From positions 146,650 through 210,649 of the forward strand of contig JAYKGY010000104.1 in NCBI GenBank assembly GCA_035285545.1: DNA of 64,000 nucleotides. Reading direction: 5' to 3'. Under the pieces are notes generated by a model. It was given only the letters and a program-made list of their open reading frames with translations, made no database searches and was not told the DNA's origin. Positions 50,953 to 61,997 of this stretch are shown piece by piece; the stretch's first letter is position 1; the number at the start of each line of letters is the position of its first letter. The DNA comes from Snowella sp. Lineage in GTDB: Bacteria > Cyanobacteriota > Cyanobacteriia > Cyanobacteriales > Microcystaceae. Made by a program: the position numbers and the translations under genes.

Positions 50953-51348
50953 ATGAGACTTCAACCTGCTCCGCTATTTTTTAGCTTTTCCTTGTTCACT
51001 TTCGTTTCGTTACTGGCCAGTATTTCTTTACCCGCGATCGCGGCTGAGGAAACTATTGTTGTGTGCCAAGGGGGAACTCGCAATACGGCTAGAATTTATC
51101 AAGAAAATGGCACATTAAAAATGCGTTTATATGACCGTAAAGATAAAGTGACCTGGTTTAACAGCGATGCTCAACGTAAGACGACCTCAAACGCGATCGC
51201 GTACACCAATATTCGTGGTGAAGGCACTTATCAGGTGAAGATTAGCCCCAATGCTAAACAAAAAGACTGTTCTATTCAAATCAGCGGTAAGCCGCTTGAA
51301 AAAGGAACAGTGACAGAAAGAAGCAAAGCAGATTCATTGAAAAAATAA
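50953..51348 (+). CDS. Exported hypothetical protein
   Basis: Signal peptide ending PAIA; two Cys. Confidence 0.7.
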   Translation: MRLQPAPLFFSFSLFTFVSLLASISLPAIAAEETIVVCQGGTRNTARIYQENGTLKMRLYDRKDKVTWFNSDAQRKTTSNAIAYTNIRGEGTYQVKISPNAKQKDCSIQISGKPLEKGTVTERSKADSLKK

Positions 51349-51382
51349 GTCGCTTACCTGATATTGAGTCTTAATTACAAGC

Positions 51383-51421
51383 AAAAAAAAAGGCCGAGGG
51401 AAAAAATTAATTCCTCTAGCC
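51383..51421 (-). terminator. Rho-independent terminator of the infB operon
   Basis: Minus strand GGCTAGAGGAA-loop-TTCCCTCGGCC followed by a long T run. Confidence 0.7.
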
Positions 51422-51452
51422 GATTTTGCCGAATGATTAACAATATTCGGTT

Positions 51453-54452
51453 TTATGCAGACGGTGAAAGACTACGACGCTTCATGGTCATTTCATAGGC
51501 TTCAATAATATCGCCTTCTTTCCAGTCGGTAAACTTGGAAACCCCGATACCACATTCGTAGCCCGCATTAACTTCCCGTGAATCTTCTTTCATCCGTTTG
51601 AGCGAATCAATCGTGCCTTCATAGACGACCGAGCCACCCCGACGAACGCGGAGATTACGGTTCCGAACGATTTTACCCGACAGAACGTAACAACCGGCGA
51701 CAGCTCCACGACCAACGGCAAAGACCGCCCGAACTTCGGCTTGACCCAATGGCGATTCGATTTCTTCAGGATCGAGTAATCCTTCCATCGCGCCTTGGAT
51801 ATCATCCAACAATTTATAGATGATGTCGTATTCCCGTATATCCACACCTTCTTGGTCAGCCGCTTGACGAGAACCCGTTGCCAAGGTTGTATTGAAGCCG
51901 ACAATAACCGCACCACTAGCTGCCGCTAAGTCAACATCCGTTTCGGTGACTTCCCCAGGAGCCGCTAACAAGACGCGAATTTGAACTTCGTTTTGGGGTA
52001 ATTGATTTAAAGCACCTAAGATGGCTTCGACCGAACCTTGAACGTCGGCTTTGAGGATCAAATTGAGTTCCTTCAGTTCTCCTTCTTGTGCTTGGGCAGA
52101 AAGGCTACTGAGGGTAACCTTACGGGAAGACATTTGTTGCTGGAGTCGGGTTTGACGATTGGATTCGGTTCGTTGTTCTGAGATAGCGCGCGCTTCTTTT
52201 TCATTGGCAAAGACATCGAATTCATCCCCCGCCGCAGGCACACCGTTTAAACCCAAAACTTCCACCGCAAAGGAGGGACTCGCTGCTTCAACTTTATTGC
52301 CGCGATCATCAATCATGGCCCGAATCTTACCGAGAACGGCTCCCGCCACAATGACATCACCCACACGGAGCGTACCATTTTGAACCAAAAGCGTTGCCAC
52401 AGGGCCACGAGTCCGATCCAAGTTTGCTTCGATAACGGTTCCTTTTGCCAATCGATCAGGGTTCGCGGATAATTCTTCAATTTCCGATACCAACAGAATC
52501 ATTTCTAGTAAGCTATCGAGGTTTTGACCCTTGAGTGCGCTCACAGGAACCATAATGGTGTCGCCGCCCCATTCTTCAGGAACTAAGCCGAGTTCAGAGA
52601 GTTCTTGCTTAATGCGGTCTGGGTTCGATTCTTCCTTATCGACTTTGTTAATAGCAACAATAATAGGAACTTCTGCCGCTTTAGCGTGACTAATGGCTTC
52701 ACGGGTCTGGGGTTGCACACCGTCATCAGCCGCAACCACCAGGATGGCAATGTCTGTTACCCTGGCTCCACGGGCCCGCATGGCAGTAAACGCTTCGTGA
52801 CCAGGGGTATCTAGGAAGACAATTTGCTCAGATTTCTCATTATGTTCAATATCGACGTGATAAGCACCGATATGTTGGGTAATGCCCCCGGCTTCTCCTT
52901 GGGCGACTTTGGTTTTACGGATCGAATCCAATAGGGTCGTTTTACCGTGATCGACGTGACCCATGATGGTGACAACGGGGGGACGACGCTCTAGGTATTC
53001 AAGGTCTGCCGCATCGAGCATTTCTGTTACTTTCGTGGCGGCCGCGGTGGTTTCTTCAGTGACGGCTTCTACGCCAAATTCTTCGGCCACTAGACGGGCG
53101 GTTGCTTCATCCAGCGTTTGGGTAATTTGAACCGCAATTCCTTTTTGGAACAGGTGTTTAATAATTTCCATTTCGGAAACGACTAACAAATCGGCCAAAT
53201 CACGAACAGTTAAGCTACTAGAGAGTTGGATGCTTTCAGGCTTTTCTTTGACTTCTTTGCGATCGCGGCGTTCTGTCTTAGTACGACTGGTGGTATCGGA
53301 GGACTTCACAGGGGCTTTCTTCGGACGAGCAGGAGCGGGGGTTTTAGCCGTTGCTGTCATTGATTTCGGTTTGGCGGGTCGAGCGATCGATAAGCTGACC
53401 AAGGCCGCTTGAACCGTATTCGCTGCTAATAACGCTTCCTCATCATCCTCATCCTCAATCAAAGACGGACGACGTTTTGTCTTCGCAGCGGCTTTAGCCT
53501 TATTAAGACGTTCCTCTTCTTCCTCCTCTTCCCATTTACTCCGTTTAGCGGGGCGGGGCGGGGTAAGCCGTTTTAATTGGGGTTTCTGCTTCTCGGTGAG
53601 ATCAAGTACGGGATCTTCTAATAAATCATCATCAGCCGTTTTTTCGACCTCTTCATCGCGGGGAAATTCGAGTAATTCAGGCAGGTTATCGTCTTCCTCC
53701 ATTTGAGGTGGCTTGGGACGATAAAGTTCTAATTTCGGCTTAACTTTGTCTCCTCCTGAACGTTGGGGACTCGTCAGCTTCGCAACCTCTTTTTCAACTT
53801 TTTTCTCAGGTTGCTTATTGGGATCTTTAACGCTGATAATAACGGGCTTATTAATGACTTTCTTTTCAGGGTTTTTACCCTCGACTGAAGTAACAGGGGC
53901 TTTCGGTGCATTTTGGACGCGATCGCGATTAGGCACAGCCGGTTTAATCAATTGGCTAGCAGAAGAAGGCCGTTTTGACCCATTATCCTCCGTCTTAGCA
54001 GGTGTCGATCCATTCCCTGTCGTAACAGGCGATTGAGGACGAGACGGAGCCTCTGGACGAGGACGCGAATCGGGCACATTGGGGGATGGGGCAGCTTTTT
54101 CGGTCACAGGCGGTCGTTCAGCAGTTGGCTTAGAAGGATTAGCAAATTTAGGAGGAATTGGTTGAGAATTTAAATTTGGAGGAACTGCGGGAGTAACAGG
54201 ACGGTCTTGTTTATGATGAATTGCTAAAATTTGTTGTTTTTTCTCGACAGGGTGGACATCGCGTTTTCTTCCCCCCTGATGGGTCGCATATTTTTCAGCA
54301 GCAGCTTTAATTCGCTCTGCATCAGACTCACTAATGGTACTACTATGGCTTTTTACCGCAATATTCAATTTTTCGCAAATATCTAACAGATCCCTGTTTT
54401 CTAAATGCAATTCCTTAGACAAGTCATAAATTCTAACCTTGGCGTTGTTCAT
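51453..54452 (-). CDS. infB: Translation initiation factor IF-2
   Basis: [31 protein letters not shown]. Confidence 0.98.
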   Translation of the reverse strand: MNNAKVRIYDLSKELHLENRDLLDICEKLNIAVKSHSSTISESDAERIKAAAEKYATHQGGRKRDVHPVEKKQQILAIHHKQDRPVTPAVPPNLNSQPIPPKFANPSKPTAERPPVTEKAAPSPNVPDSRPRPEAPSRPQSPVTTGNGSTPAKTEDNGSKRPSSASQLIKPAVPNRDRVQNAPKAPVTSVEGKNPEKKVINKPVIISVKDPNKQPEKKVEKEVAKLTSPQRSGGDKVKPKLELYRPKPPQMEEDDNLPELLEFPRDEEVEKTADDDLLEDPVLDLTEKQKPQLKRLTPPRPAKRSKWEEEEEEERLNKAKAAAKTKRRPSLIEDEDDEEALLAANTVQAALVSLSIARPAKPKSMTATAKTPAPARPKKAPVKSSDTTSRTKTERRDRKEVKEKPESIQLSSSLTVRDLADLLVVSEMEIIKHLFQKGIAVQITQTLDEATARLVAEEFGVEAVTEETTAAATKVTEMLDAADLEYLERRPPVVTIMGHVDHGKTTLLDSIRKTKVAQGEAGGITQHIGAYHVDIEHNEKSEQIVFLDTPGHEAFTAMRARGARVTDIAILVVAADDGVQPQTREAISHAKAAEVPIIVAINKVDKEESNPDRIKQELSELGLVPEEWGGDTIMVPVSALKGQNLDSLLEMILLVSEIEELSANPDRLAKGTVIEANLDRTRGPVATLLVQNGTLRVGDVIVAGAVLGKIRAMIDDRGNKVEAASPSFAVEVLGLNGVPAAGDEFDVFANEKEARAISEQRTESNRQTRLQQQMSSRKVTLSSLSAQAQEGELKELNLILKADVQGSVEAILGALNQLPQNEVQIRVLLAAPGEVTETDVDLAAASGAVIVGFNTTLATGSRQAADQEGVDIREYDIIYKLLDDIQGAMEGLLDPEEIESPLGQAEVRAVFAVGRGAVAGCYVLSGKIVRNRNLRVRRGGSVVYEGTIDSLKRMKEDSREVNAGYECGIGVSKFTDWKEGDIIEAYEMTMKRRSLSPSA

Positions 54453-54675
54453 CCATTATCCCCCTGAGCTAAATAACAAATTTGTGAGTGATGGGTAGCC
54501 TGCTATCAGTAAGTCGCCATAAAATACTGTAAGCCGATTTAGACTGTTTAAATTGTTTAAACATTGATTTTTTTGGTTTATGGGTTAACTGCGCTGAAGA
54601 TGGTTCTCCTCATTTCTATGCTAACGATAAATATCTTCCCTCAACCATGTTATAGCCAGAAAGATTAGAAAGAGT

Positions 54676-54936
54676 CTACGGGGGGCTAAGGTGAGCCAAT
54701 CGCTCCTCAAGAAGTTGAAAAAGGGTATCAGGGACAGGTGCTTTAAGGGCGCGTCCGAGCCGATTCTTTTGCCGAGCTGCTTGTAAACAGTTAGGCTGAG
54801 GACAGAGATAGGCAGACCGTCCTATCCCCTGATCTAATTGTACCTGTCGGGATGGGTAGACTCGGACAATTCGCCAAAATTCTTCCTTCGGTGCCACCTT
54901 GCGGCAACTGATACACCGTCTATAATTAGGTTTCAT
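54676..54936 (-). CDS. ylxR: YlxR/DUF448 RNA-binding protein
   Basis: RRCISCR, GRSAYLC; located between nusA and infB. Confidence 0.92.
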   Translation of the reverse strand: MKPNYRRCISCRKVAPKEEFWRIVRVYPSRQVQLDQGIGRSAYLCPQPNCLQAARQKNRLGRALKAPVPDTLFQLLEERLAHLSPP

Positions 54937-54952
54937 GTCTCTTTAGTCACAC

Positions 54953-56197
54953 TTACCCATTATCCAGATCTAGCTCGGATTCTGCCGCGAGATCACTCTC
55001 TTCCTCATCATCCGTATTATCCGATACTTTCGGTTTTAAGGCTTCCTCTGCCAATCGGTCTTTTTCTTTAGCATAGGTATCGGGATCTTTGATATCAATT
55101 TTCCAACCCGTTAAACGGGCGGCAAGTCGAACATTTTGACCTTCCTTACCGATCGCTAAGCTGAGTTGATCTTCTGCCACAATCACCAGGGCATGACGGT
55201 CTTCTGGATTGAGTAAATAAACCTGATCAACCCGTGCAGGACTGAGGGAATTGGCAATATAGGTAGCCGGATCGGGTGACCAACGAATGACATCAATTTT
55301 TTCCCCCCGCAATTCATTGACCACGGCTTGAATCCGAGATCCCCGCGCCCCAATACAGGCTCCAACCGGATCAACATCCCGCTCTAGGGTATCGACTGCA
55401 ATCTTAGTACGGGGCCCGACATAACGAGAAGGAGGATTGGCTTCACGGGAAACCGCCACAATCCGCACTACTTCCTCTTCAATTTCAGGAACTTCAACGG
55501 TAAACAGATCTACCACTAAACCGGCGGCGGCACGGGAGACAATTAATTGGGGGCCTCGGTGAGAACCTTCTCTAACTTTACGCAAATAGACTTTAAAGGT
55601 CGCATTAGCTCGGTAGTTATCATTGGGGAGTTGTTCCCGCTTGGGCAGTTCAGCCTCCACTTCCGGTTGCCCAAAACCGCTTTGCACCGCCATGATGATG
55701 GATTGACGCTCAAAGCGTAGCACTCTGGCATTGAGCACCGTATCTTCTAAGTCTTGGAATTCTTCTTGAATAATTTTGCGTTGTTGATCCCGCAGTTTTT
55801 GCAGCAGAACTTGCTTGGTTTGAATAGCCGCCATGCGTCCAAAGTCTTTTTGTTCTGGGGTCACATCCAAAACCACTTCATCCCCTAGTTGGGCTTCGGC
55901 GGCGACTTCTTGAACTTCATTGAGGGAAATGGCATGATCCGTATCTTCAACGGTTTCAACAATACGCTTAGTGGCGAGAATGCGAAACCCTTCTTCTTCC
56001 GTATCCAGTTCCACTTCAAAGTTTTCAAAATAATCTTCAGGAAATTGCTGGCCGATGGTTTGGGCACGGCGGAAACGCTCATAGCCTTTTAAGAGAGCTT
56101 CCCGTAAGGCTTCCTGGACAGCAGAGTGGGGTAAGTTATGCCGTTGACTGATTTCTTCAATCATGGCCTGTAGGCCTGGCAAGGTGACGAGGGACAT
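54953..56197 (-). CDS. nusA: Transcription factor NusA
   Basis: Likely start MSLVTLPG at 56197; FGRMAA, VGACIGARG, AIGKEGQNVRLA. Confidence 0.97.
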   Translation of the reverse strand: MSLVTLPGLQAMIEEISQRHNLPHSAVQEALREALLKGYERFRRAQTIGQQFPEDYFENFEVELDTEEEGFRILATKRIVETVEDTDHAISLNEVQEVAAEAQLGDEVVLDVTPEQKDFGRMAAIQTKQVLLQKLRDQQRKIIQEEFQDLEDTVLNARVLRFERQSIIMAVQSGFGQPEVEAELPKREQLPNDNYRANATFKVYLRKVREGSHRGPQLIVSRAAAGLVVDLFTVEVPEIEEEVVRIVAVSREANPPSRYVGPRTKIAVDTLERDVDPVGACIGARGSRIQAVVNELRGEKIDVIRWSPDPATYIANSLSPARVDQVYLLNPEDRHALVIVAEDQLSLAIGKEGQNVRLAARLTGWKIDIKDPDTYAKEKDRLAEEALKPKVSDNTDDEEESDLAAESELDLDNG

Positions 56198-56253
56198 AGA
56201 ATGTGATCTCCTTAAAAATTTTGAATGAGCCTGACTCAAAAATGAGGCTGCTC

Positions 56254-56715
56254 CTAGCGTTGCGAATCTAATTGCACTTTGGCGATTAAATGGCGAGGGA
56301 TGGAGAGCGATCGCCCTTTTTGGCTGAGATGAAGATGGGTTTCGTCTCTTCCTTGTAATCGCCCCTGCCAACTTTGCTGGCCTTCATAGGGTTCCGTACT
56401 GGTGACGAGGACTCCAAATCCTTTAAAGGCAATAAAATCGCGATCGCTGGACAATTGGCGAGAAATTCCGGGACTGGAAACTTCTAATACATAGGCAGTC
56501 GGAATGAGAACCAGGGAGTCTAACTGGGGTTCTAGGGCCCGACTCATTTTTTCGCAATCATCTAAACTGGTATCCTGCTCAAGATTCCGAATATCGATTC
56601 GTAGGACGGGTGGCCGTTTATTCGTTTGAAAGGCCGCGTCCACGACATCCAAACCCAGATCATTGGCGATCGGTATTGCCAAGTCTAAAATTTGGGGGAT
56701 TAAAGGATGGGTCAT
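56254..56715 (-). CDS. rimP: Ribosome maturation factor RimP
   Basis: MTHPLIP start at 56715; LDDCE, YVLEVSSPG. Confidence 0.96.
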   Translation of the reverse strand: MTHPLIPQILDLAIPIANDLGLDVVDAAFQTNKRPPVLRIDIRNLEQDTSLDDCEKMSRALEPQLDSLVLIPTAYVLEVSSPGISRQLSSDRDFIAFKGFGVLVTSTEPYEGQQSWQGRLQGRDETHLHLSQKGRSLSIPRHLIAKVQLDSQR

Positions 56716-56729
56716 CGCAGTTAAGCAAT

Positions 56730-56756
56730 AAAAAAAGCGGGCTAAACCCACTTCTC
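56730..56756 (-). promoter_or_regulatory. rimP leader hairpin / attenuator
   Basis: Minus strand GAGAAGTGGG-TTTAG-CCCGCTTTTTTT just before the rimP start. Confidence 0.7.
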
Positions 56757-57041
56757 GAAATTGTTCAAGATAGGGATAGACGGCCAGTTTGGTCGCCTAT
56801 GCTGAAACTAGTGTAACAAAAAGATGACCCAACTGTCTTGGAATGATATTTCCACCTTGCCTAATGGGGAATTCGCTTATTTTCCCATTGAGCTAGCCCA
56901 AAAAAACTCCAAACCGTCCGTCAAACGGTAGAAGCAAGACGAAGGGAAATCCTATACCTCATCCCAGCCAGTTCATAAAATCGACCAAGTTAAGAAACTG
57001 CTTGAGTCCCAGGATTTATGATTAATTTTTTTATTTTTAAA

Positions 57042-57114
57042 TACCCCCAAGGGAATTCGAATCCCTGTCGCCTCCGTGAAAGGGAGGTGTCCTAGGCCTC
57101 TAGACGATGGGGGC
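57042..57114 (-). tRNA. tRNA-Glu(TTC)
   Basis: GCCCCCATCGTCTAGAGGCCTAGGACACCTCCC-TTTCAC-GGAGG...GATTCGAATTCCCTTGGGGGTA. Confidence 0.97.
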
Positions 57115-57494
57115 TAGCGTTGTTTTTTGCTGCCTGTTTTGTTTTTCAGACCTTTATTAATGTATCCAAAACTTTTTTAAAAGTCAACACTTTACCCCAC
57201 TTTTTTTTGAACAGGCTTGGGGCATCCTCTCTGGTTCATCATTATTTTGCTTGAATCAAGAGAAAAAGTCTTTGATTAACGAACAAATTCCAAGACGACA
57301 TCTTTTCATGCTCGACAGCGTTCAGACTATTCTCGACTCGCTTTAAACCTAATAGGCTAGCTTGACCCTGGGAGAGTCCCTAGAAAGCAGCATGAATCCA
57401 AGAGATCCCCCGCCAGGATTAACAAACTCCTTAATATTTTGAGTATCCTAAAAAGTAGAATGCTTTAGAGAAACTGTTTTACCCCAATTAGCCC

Positions 57495-59885
57495 TTGATT
57501 CAAACGGAAACCTTAGCTTTACTCGAATGGGAACGCCTTTGTCAGCATCTCTCCACCTTTGCAGAGACGAAATTAGGAGCGATCGCCGCCACCCAACTAT
57601 TGCCCCCTGATACCCAAGCCGAAAGCCTAGAATTATTAACCCAAACCCAAGAAGTCGAACGGATTGAACAAAGCTTGGATGCGGGCTGGAAATTTACGGG
57701 CATTGTTGATATTCGCGAAAGCTTGGCGCGGGCAGAATTAGGTGGAATGCTCTCAGGACAGGAGCTATTAAACTTAGCAACCACCTTGGCAGGGGCACGA
57801 CGATTACGGCGGGTGATTGAAAGCAAGGAAAATTTGTCTGTATTAACCGAGCTTGTTGCAGAAGTTCGTACCTATCCTGAATTAGAGCAGGAAATTCATC
57901 ACTCGATTGACGAAGCGGGGAAGGTGGCAGATCGGGCTAGTCCGAAACTGGGTGAAATTCGCCAGCGTTTAAAGGAAATCCGCGATCGCATTTATCAAAA
58001 ACTGCAAAATATTCTGCAACGTCAAAGTGGAGCCATTCAGGAATCCGTCATTACTCAACGCGGCGATCGCTTTGTGATCCCCGTTAAAGCCCCGCAAAAA
58101 GATCAAGTTCCAGGGATTGTTCATGATAGCTCTAGTACAGGCGCAACTTTATATATTGAACCGCAAGCTATTGTGGAATTGGGTAATAAGCTGCGTCAAT
58201 GTCGCCGCCAAGAACAAACGGAAGAAGAAATCATTCTCCGACGATTAACGGAAAAAGTTGCGGAAGTTCAAGCCGAATTAGCCCATTTATTAGCCGTTGT
58301 CACCCAACTAGATCTAGCAACCGCCCGTTTACGTTATAGCCTCTGGTTAGGCGGAAATCCACCGAGCTTTGTCGATTTTAACCAAAATCAATCGATTACC
58401 CTCCGCCAGTTACGTCATCCTTTGTTAGTTTGGCAACAAAAACAGGAACAAGGGGTTGAAGTCGTTCCCATTACGGTACAGGTGAATCCCAAAATTCGCG
58501 TTGTAGCGATTACAGGCCCCAATACAGGGGGAAAAACCGTTACCCTGAAAACCTTGGGATTAGCAGCCTTAATGGCCAAAGTGGGGCTATATATTCCCGC
58601 TAAAGCTCCTGTCGAAATTCCTTGGTTTGAGCAGATTTTGGCGGATATTGGGGATGAGCAATCCATTGAGCAAAATTTATCCACTTTTTCAGGACATATT
58701 CGACGGATAACCCGTATTATCGAAGCCATTGGCGATGAAACCCATCTCAACAATGTTTTAGTGTTATTGGATGAAGTCGGTGCAGGAACCGATCCCGTTG
58801 AAGGTAGTGCTTTGGCGATCGCGCTCTTAAAATACTTAGCCGATCATGCCCTATTAACAATGGCAACGACCCACTATGGCGAATTGAAAGCGTTGAAATA
58901 TCAGGATGAACGTTTTGAAAATGCCTCGGTTGAATTTGATGATCAGACCCTATCGCCTACTTATCGCTTACTGTGGGGCATTCCTGGGCGTTCCAATGCC
59001 TTAACTATTGCCCAACGGTTAGGGTTACGAGTCGAAATTGTGGACACAGCCAAAACTCGAATGACGGGGCTATCGGAAGATATTAATCAAGTCATTGCAG
59101 GATTAGAGGCTCAACGACGAGAACAGGAACTCAAAGCGAAAGAAGCTCAGAAATTACTCCAACAAACCGAGCAATTTTACACCGAGGTTTCGGAAAAAGC
59201 GTCATCCTTACAAGCACGGGAACGGGATTTACGGCAATACCAAGAACAGGAAATTCAAAAGGCGATCGCAGAAGCCCGCTCAGAAATTGCTAAGGTGATT
59301 CGTGAGTTGCAACAGGGGAAACCCACAGGACAAAAAGCCCATCAAGCAACAGAAGCCCTTAAACAAATTGCTGAGCAACAGTTGGCCAAAACCGTCGTCA
59401 AGCAACCGAGTTATCAACCCCAAGTCGGTGAACGCATTAGAATTCCAAGTTTAGGGCAAGTGGCTGAGGTTTTAGAGTTTGACCCGTCTGGCAGCGAAGT
59501 CATGGTTAAATTTGGCCTGATGAAAATGACCCTAGCCGCTACGGAAATTGAATCCTTAGATGGTAAAAAAGTCGAGGTTCCTGCACCTAAACCTGTTACT
59601 CCTCCTCCTGTTTCCGCTACCCCAAAAGCCCCTGTTACCGTTAGAACGTCTCAAAATACCATTGATTTACGCGGCGATCGCGTTGAAGCAGCCGAATCAA
59701 AGATAGAAAAGGCCATTAATCAGGCGACCGAATCGGGTGTGCTTTGGATTATTCACGGTAAAGGGACGGGACGCTTACGGCAAGGGGTTCAGGAGTTTCT
59801 GAGTCATCATCCCCTCGTTGATCGCTTTGAATTAGCTCCCCAAAACGAAGGCGGATCGGGCGTTACTTTGGCTTATTTGAAATAG
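57495..59885 (+). CDS. mutS2: Endonuclease MutS2
   Basis: TGPNTGGKT, DIGDEQS..LSTFS, DEVGAGTDP, TTHY, Smr domain IIHGKGTG. Confidence 0.96.
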   Translation: MIQTETLALLEWERLCQHLSTFAETKLGAIAATQLLPPDTQAESLELLTQTQEVERIEQSLDAGWKFTGIVDIRESLARAELGGMLSGQELLNLATTLAGARRLRRVIESKENLSVLTELVAEVRTYPELEQEIHHSIDEAGKVADRASPKLGEIRQRLKEIRDRIYQKLQNILQRQSGAIQESVITQRGDRFVIPVKAPQKDQVPGIVHDSSSTGATLYIEPQAIVELGNKLRQCRRQEQTEEEIILRRLTEKVAEVQAELAHLLAVVTQLDLATARLRYSLWLGGNPPSFVDFNQNQSITLRQLRHPLLVWQQKQEQGVEVVPITVQVNPKIRVVAITGPNTGGKTVTLKTLGLAALMAKVGLYIPAKAPVEIPWFEQILADIGDEQSIEQNLSTFSGHIRRITRIIEAIGDETHLNNVLVLLDEVGAGTDPVEGSALAIALLKYLADHALLTMATTHYGELKALKYQDERFENASVEFDDQTLSPTYRLLWGIPGRSNALTIAQRLGLRVEIVDTAKTRMTGLSEDINQVIAGLEAQRREQELKAKEAQKLLQQTEQFYTEVSEKASSLQARERDLRQYQEQEIQKAIAEARSEIAKVIRELQQGKPTGQKAHQATEALKQIAEQQLAKTVVKQPSYQPQVGERIRIPSLGQVAEVLEFDPSGSEVMVKFGLMKMTLAATEIESLDGKKVEVPAPKPVTPPPVSATPKAPVTVRTSQNTIDLRGDRVEAAESKIEKAINQATESGVLWIIHGKGTGRLRQGVQEFLSHHPLVDRFELAPQNEGGSGVTLAYLK

Positions 59886-59971
59886 CCCCCTAAATCCCCC
59901 AATACTGGGGGACTTTCAAAATTGTAATTTCTATTCCTGAGTTTCCCCCAAATTTGAGGGGCTAGGAGGGC
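59885..59971. repeat. Pair of REP-like palindromes between convergent mutS2 and flavodiiron genes
   Basis: GCCCCCTAAATCCCCCAATACTGGGGGACTTT and an imperfect inverted copy TTTCCCCCAAATTTGAGGGGCTAGGAGGGC. Confidence 0.7.
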
Positions 59972-60001
59972 AAAATATAGCGCAAATACCCCCTTAAAAA
60001 A

Positions 60002-61729
60002 TTAATAATAATTACCGACTTTGCGATGATGAACGGCGGTTAAAGCATCGGGTTTGGCGACTCGACCTTGATTGACTTTGCTGTAAACAATCCAGTGATC
60101 GCTGCATTCCATACGGCTGATGACTTCTCCTTCTAAGTAAGCCAAAGCGTCGGTTAAAATGGGTGAGCCGTTACTAGCCACTTGAGTATTAACCCCTTCA
60201 AAGCGATCCGCGCCAGGGGGAAACCGTTTAAGGAAATGCTTCATTAAGGGCTGATACTTACCTTCTTCTAAAATATTCAACACAAAGCGATCGCCGACTT
60301 GCAACAAGGATTCAATCGCCCGATCTTTAGCCACCGCAATGGTAAAACCAGGGGGATCAAAACTGGCTTGCATCACCCAGGACGCTAACATCGCACTTTT
60401 CATTTCCCCTTTTTGAGCCGTAATAATATACAAGCCACCACTGATGCGGCCAATGGCCTTTTCTAACTCATTATCTAAAGCTTTTAACTGCTTAATTTTG
60501 CCACTTTGAGCAAGAATTTGGCCAAAGTCTGTACCCGATTCTTCACAGAGTTGATAGATACTTTCGGTGGGATTATTTTTAACTTTAATGGCTTTAAATC
60601 CTGCTTTTAAACCCGCTTCTAAAAACTTGGTTAACAGGGGATCAATGGGTTCATCATTGCCGCCATAGGATTCAAATAAACCGATCATTTGTTTGGGATT
60701 AACCGCCGCTAAGATCGTTCCTAAGTTGGTTGTAATTTCCTTGGAATTTTCACCTGTTAGTGGGGGCATTCCTAAAACAATTCCCGCAGATCGATTCACT
60801 AATTCTTGAACTTCTTGGGGATCGGCAGAACCGAGATCCACCATTTCCACTGCAACACCCGTTTTCGTAATCCCCCGTGCAATACTCTGAGAGAGGCGAT
60901 CGCTGTAACCGTAATCGGCAATATAGAAGACTGCAACGGTTTTATCAGCTTTGGCTTGGGATTGGCTCCAGTCACGGTAACGGGTTAACAGTTCGGGCAC
61001 ATTGTATTTTAAAAGCGGGCCATGGCCATTGGCGACCATTTCAATCTCTCCTAGCTCATCCATGCGCTTCATCGCCGCTAACACAGAACGCGCATTGGGG
61101 CCCATTAAGCAATCATAATAAAAACGATAATCAGGCTCAATTTTGCTTAAGTTTTCGTCAAAAAAGGCATCGGAGCAATAATGCATTCCAAAAACATCGC
61201 AGGTAAACAAAGTTTTTGTGCCTTGGTCATAGGTGAGCATGGTATCGGGCCAATGGAGATTCGGCGCGCTGACAAAATCTAAAAGATGTCCTTTTCCTAA
61301 ATCCAACTGCTCCCCACTTTTGACTAAACGCCGTTCAAAGGGTTGATGGACAAAATTTTCTAAAAACTGAATCGCAACTTTGGAACCAATCACGGTGACT
61401 TGGGGCGCAAGTTGTAAAAAATCTTTGACTAAGCCACTGTGGTCAGGTTCAGTGTGGCTAATGATCAGATAATCAATGGTTTTCGGGTCAATCAGACCTG
61501 TTAGAGTGTCTAGATAAAGCTGGCGGAATTTTTCATGGGAGGTATCAACTAAGGCAATCTTTTCACCCCGAATTAAGTAGGAATTGTAAGTCGTGCCGTT
61601 TTGCAGACCAAATTCAATATCAAAGCGATCGCGATCCCAGTCTAAGGAACGAATCGTGGTGGTATCAGCAGCAATTTCAGTGGTTTGAATGGTTAACCGC
61701 TTTGCAGTTTGGACGGGCGTTGCTACCAT
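60002..61729 (-). CDS. flv3: Class C flavodiiron protein (Flv3-like)
   Basis: RSLDWDRDRFDIEFGLQNGTTYN, HTEPDH, LHWPD, flavodoxin and flavin reductase domains, HHRKVGNYY. Family is certain; paralog assignment (Flv3 vs Flv4) is less so. Confidence 0.8.
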   Translation of the reverse strand: MVATPVQTAKRLTIQTTEIAADTTTIRSLDWDRDRFDIEFGLQNGTTYNSYLIRGEKIALVDTSHEKFRQLYLDTLTGLIDPKTIDYLIISHTEPDHSGLVKDFLQLAPQVTVIGSKVAIQFLENFVHQPFERRLVKSGEQLDLGKGHLLDFVSAPNLHWPDTMLTYDQGTKTLFTCDVFGMHYCSDAFFDENLSKIEPDYRFYYDCLMGPNARSVLAAMKRMDELGEIEMVANGHGPLLKYNVPELLTRYRDWSQSQAKADKTVAVFYIADYGYSDRLSQSIARGITKTGVAVEMVDLGSADPQEVQELVNRSAGIVLGMPPLTGENSKEITTNLGTILAAVNPKQMIGLFESYGGNDEPIDPLLTKFLEAGLKAGFKAIKVKNNPTESIYQLCEESGTDFGQILAQSGKIKQLKALDNELEKAIGRISGGLYIITAQKGEMKSAMLASWVMQASFDPPGFTIAVAKDRAIESLLQVGDRFVLNILEEGKYQPLMKHFLKRFPPGADRFEGVNTQVASNGSPILTDALAYLEGEVISRMECSDHWIVYSKVNQGRVAKPDALTAVHHRKVGNYY

Positions 61730-61770
61730 GATTTTCCTCCCTCAGCTTTTTGACCTATGTTTTAGGCTAT

Positions 61771-61786
61771 TGTATCTAAGCTTACA
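61771..61786. promoter_or_regulatory. Putative NtcA box
   Basis: TGTA-TCTAAGCT-TACA fits TGTA-N8-TACA, 42 bp upstream of the flavodiiron start. Confidence 0.45.
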
Positions 61787-61997
61787 GGAGTTCAAGAGAA
61801 TTAGGGAAGGTGGCTAAGATTGGAAGAATTAAATTAAAAGATTGAGAATGATTATAAATTTTTTAATAAAATGGAAACTCTAGCTTGAGAGAATGATCCT
61901 ACCCTAAAAAATTTCGCTTTAGTTAATCAATCCGCGATCGCGAATTATTTCACTGTTATTCTTAAATTGAAGCGGACTTAATCAATATTCAACGCCT

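Noticed and set aside
56198..56371. N-terminal extension of NusA in the ORF track
   Set aside because: It overlaps rimP; the conserved NusA start is MSLV at 56197.
57120..57490. Possible structured ncRNA (SRP/6S) between tRNA-Glu and mutS2
   Set aside because: No recognisable conserved motif; it cannot be supported without a covariance search.
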